Made by a program: the position numbers and the translations under genes. From contig NW_027271164.1 of NCBI RefSeq assembly GCF_040938485.1, positions 930,001 through 994,000 on the forward strand: DNA of 64,000 bases, written 5' to 3'. Each line of letters starts with the position of its first letter. The stretch's first letter is position 1. Below are positions 60,444-64,000 of this stretch, piece by piece. This DNA is from Diadema antillarum (Eukaryota). The notes beneath the pieces are model-generated. The model ran no database searches. It saw nothing but the letters and a program-made list of their open reading frames with translations, and had not been told where the DNA came from.

Positions 60444-61426
60444 CGGTAACAGATCAACAGTTGTCGGCGGGTCTGTCTTTCTCCTTTGTTAACCTGTTCC
60501 TTTTCTTGAAGCCGCTGTTCAAGACTCTCGATGTGACGGTGCTGTTTCTCTATCGTTTGATGGAACAGGTCCATCTGTCTCTCCTGAGTAACGGCCAGCT
60601 CGTTCACCATCTTCACAACTGTATCCAGATCTTGGGTGTTTCCCTCTTTCCCTTCCTTCGGCCTGGTCTGCTGTCTGTACACTTGGGCTGAGGCAAGTTT
60701 CTCTTCCGCACCGATGACCCGTAATTCTTTCCGAAGCTCCCGGAATGACATGTCTCTTGGCCTCATTGGTGCCAGACGGGCTCTCACCTTCTGATCGCGT
60801 AAGCCGTACATGAACTGTGTGGTCAGCATAGCGTCACGGACCGACTCTCCACAGAGGGCTGCCTGGTCACCACGATCTCGTGCAGTCCTTAGTTTAGCCT
60901 CTAAAGCCACTGCATACTCCGACGGCGTCTCATTGGCTTGTTGCGTGCGTGAGTAGAAGTTTGCCATGGGTGATGATGTGACATCACTATCCCCATACTC
61001 ATCGAGCAGTTCTCTGAATGCCCTCTCGGCCGACAGTTCTGCTCCCTGAAGCTCTAGATTCAGGACCAGGTCACGAGCCCTACCACCTGTGTGTCTGACG
61101 ACTTCGTTAAAACTCGCGCGGGAAGAAATGTTTCCTCTAGAATCAAGGAGGTAACGCATGTCACGCACCCAGTCATCAACACTCATACCCCCTTTACCTG
61201 TGAACACATTAACACTTTTCAACTGCTGTGATACAAGGAGCGTCGGGGTAGAGCTGGAGTAGCGTCCATGATGAACTTCTGGGGCAGGCATCGGGTCGAA
61301 TCCGGCCAGCTGTAGGGGTGATAGACTTGCTGTCGTCATGCTGGGTGTACGTTGAGAAACGGGGGTGTCACATGGTGATCCATTCGGCGTGATGGGAGAC
61401 AGATGCGGTGGTCCTGGTGTATCCAT
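60383..61426 (-). CDS. gag: Gypsy gag (PNMA-like capsid plus CCHC zinc knuckle), 347 aa
   Basis: FYSRTQQANETPSEYAVAL and QFMYGL capsid-type motifs; CYRCRQPGHIASSC zinc knuckle. Confidence 0.93.
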   Translation of the reverse strand: MDTPGPPHLSPITPNGSPCDTPVSQRTPSMTTASLSPLQLAGFDPMPAPEVHHGRYSSSTPTLLVSQQLKSVNVFTGKGGMSVDDWVRDMRYLLDSRGNISSRASFNEVVRHTGGRARDLVLNLELQGAELSAERAFRELLDEYGDSDVTSSPMANFYSRTQQANETPSEYAVALEAKLRTARDRGDQAALCGESVRDAMLTTQFMYGLRDQKVRARLAPMRPRDMSFRELRKELRVIGAEEKLASAQVYRQQTRPKEGKEGNTQDLDTVVKMVNELAVTQERQMDLFHQTIEKQHRHIESLEQRLQEKEQVNKGERQTRRQLLICYRCRQPGHIASSCPTLRTQSN

Positions 61427-61548
61427 CGTGGTCAGGTAGTCCTCGGTCCACAGTCCACAGTGTTGCGTTGGTTTTGTTTAAATCTTTATGAATTTAGTTA
61501 TAATATCGCTAAAACACAAATTGCGGTGATCGTTCTTTCATTCAATCT

Positions 61549-61566
61549 TCCCGGGTTTCGGCACCA
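61549..61566 (-). promoter_or_regulatory. Primer binding site complementary to the tRNA-Phe 3' end
   Basis: Plus strand TCCCGGGTTTCGGCACCA equals the 3' 18 nt of eukaryotic tRNA-Phe(GAA) including CCA, as recalled; 7 nt from the 5' LTR. Confidence 0.9.
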
Positions 61567-61573
61567 AAAATTA

Positions 61574-63573
61574 TGTCACCGACGGGACAAATAGGCGTCC
61601 ACTCGGTATTTAAGTAAATACAAAAGAAATATAAATATCAAAGTGGGAGAGCAATTTTCTAAATCTGTTGTTCAAATAAGAAGACTGGGGGAGAAAGAAC
61701 GACGCATTATTAGCAATTCTTTTAAATTGAATAATGAATTTATTTATTCATTTATTTTTTAGATCTGAATAACAATTACAAAACAATACATTTTTTTGGA
61801 ATACAAGAATACAAAGAATGAAATTAAAATTTAAACCTAAAACAACGCAACACTGTGTTCAAGGTGAAGAGCTAAACCATAAGAGCTACACCATCTTCAT
61901 CGTGATCCACTCAGGCTGTGCACACCAGAAGAAAGAAAATGATTCAACAATAGTTTAGCGAATATCTCATCACATTAAAAGAGACAGATCCACGTGATAA
62001 TAACAACGAAAATAACAACTATTCTGTTAATAATAATGGCAGCAATTGTAATAAGAAGAATACACGATAAGATAATCATGATAATGAGAGAGGAAATAAG
62101 AAGATGAAGTAAAAAAAGAGAAGAAGAAGTAGAAGAAGACGTAGAAGGAAAAGAGGGAGAAGAAGATAGCGATGAAGTAAAATAATACTTTCCCTTATTT
62201 TAACAAAGGAAATCAATAATAATATGGATGACATTAATTATTACAATGAAACACATTATGGCACAACTGGTATTACTTCTACGAATACATTCATACAAAA
62301 ATCATTATTGACCTGCATGAAACACATTTTCATTTGAACTCTAGAAACCAAGCTTTAAATATTATCTTCACTATTCAAAACCTAACGTAATAGTGTGTCG
62401 ATAATAAGGTACATCTAACAAGAAATGAGGAAATACACCAATGAAAGCAAAGACCTGCAAAACCTCTCACATCAGGTGGCAAATTATTGGCGACCTATCC
62501 AAAACAAGGGTACAAATATTCATAAAAACATATTGGATATAAGCCTCGCCAACGTAGTATTGTATTAAAAATATTTACAATTTACAAAGGTTATAATTAC
62601 CGTTAAAACAGGAGACAGACAACAAAGTCCTGACAAACTCCGTGATGGAGAGAGTATGCCTCAGCCACCTGCAAAACATATCCATTTCATCATTACTCAC
62701 TGTCAAGTAGATGACATGTAAATAATGCAATGTAAACAGAAGGAATTTCATTACACAGCATATGCTAATTAGATCATTGTTAACATAATAATAACAGTAT
62801 TGTTGACGTCATAATGGCCACTATTTCGTCATATTCCCATCCAGGGTAGCAAGCAGGGGTACGCGCGTGCACCTACAAGGATGCGCGGATCAAGAAAGCG
62901 CTACCCCGCGCGTGCCCCAAAAGTAATCCACATAGCGCATTTGAACACCGGCACACCGCACACGAAAATGGCAAAATCCACAAATTTCTTATTCTTTATG
63001 TTAGATAAATCTATATTTACAACAATTCAATCCTTCGCATTGACAATGCAACATCAAATAAATCATATCATCAGAGAGGCAGGAAAGATTTGAACAAGAT
63101 GCACTTACTCAAAGAATGTCAACGAAATTCTTTATCTTAAATTAAATGACACACATTTAGCCTTGTAAATGAATTCATTACGGCTAGAATTCGACAAAAT
63201 GTAATCTATCAATATTCAATGACTCTCCTTTACTTCAGCATCCGAGTGCCTAATAAATTTCAATAAAATTACTTCAAATAACTCTGTAAATAATCAATAT
63301 TTGCATACATTGTCACACAATGAATAAAATGATATTTCTTGTCAAACTTACCGATATTAACTGGTGTTAAATGTGGATAAATTATCCACAAAACAAGTGA
63401 GAGTGCGGGGTGTCCGGTAACGTTGGACTCGGATCAGCTCAGTGGATCAAAGCGTTCTTTTGTTATGATTTCTTCTATGACAACAAACAATTGCGCATGC
63501 GCATTAACAAAAATACACAGAAATAAGCAATAGTAAAGGGGGCATATGTGTTGAAATATTTTGTATCATAACA
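61574..63573 (-). repeat. 5' LTR (2000 bp)
   Basis: Differs from the 3' LTR at two positions found by eye (62240 A vs 55032 G; 63547 T vs 56339 C). Confidence 0.97.
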
Positions 63574-64000
63574 CATATAAGTTAACTTTCTTGGTATACT
63601 TACATATATAAATGTTTATTATGTAAGTTATCATATTTATTACATAATCTGTAGAAACAATGCATGAAGCACAGACTAAACTTAGTGCCAATGCCAGTAA
63701 TCCCTTTAAAAGCATTAGCATTCAGCCTGTTAACAGTTGCTATTCTTTCCGTCAAAAGCTCACAATAGATTTAAATAGTGACAATTTACTCTTTCTCATT
63801 TGTAAGTCCTGTGAAGGAATATTGTTGAGTAGAATACCTATAGTAAGTTATTCAAGTAGGTTGTTTGGAAGTGAAAGGAAATCCACATTACATTCACTTC
63901 ATGTATCATGCAAACACCAACACTCATGATTACCACTGCAGTTTACTTTCAGGAAAAAAGAAATCAAACATATGCTCACTGGCATGTGTTCCATGCAAGA

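Larger units (their letters stand above)
54366..63573 (-). mobile_element. Full-length Ty3/gypsy LTR retrotransposon (9208 bp)
   Basis: TG...CA LTRs, 4-bp TSD CATA (54362-54365 and 63574-63577), PBS, and uninterrupted gag and PR-RT-RH-IN pol. Confidence 0.98.

Overview
Animal genomic DNA with introns, most likely an echinoderm such as a sea urchin (inferred from repeat types and protein sequences; not verifiable here). There are four recognisable host genes. (1) An intronless bombesin/GRP-receptor-like class A GPCR (20746-21882, -). (2) A five-exon secreted protein with two FAS1 domains (25788-29631, +). (3) Ribosomal protein L4 (35171-~45238, -), hosting three U18/SNORD18 C/D snoRNAs. (4) Divergently from RPL4, the first six coding exons of the kinetochore gene Zwilch (48447-54150, +), the same head-to-head pairing as in human. 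An apparently intact, very young Ty3/gypsy element (54366-63573, -) lies antisense in a Zwilch intron, with 2000-bp LTRs, a CATA TSD, a tRNA-Phe PBS, and gag plus a -1-frame pol. The remainder is dense with non-autonomous elements: TTAA-flanked Kolobok-like MITEs, CAG...CTG MITEs with unusual 5/5/6/7-bp TSDs, a DINE-1/Helentron-like element, tRNA-derived SINEs, CR1/L2 relics, microsatellites and one assembly gap. No CRISPR array or prokaryotic system is present. All comparisons were made by eye and from recalled reference sequences.
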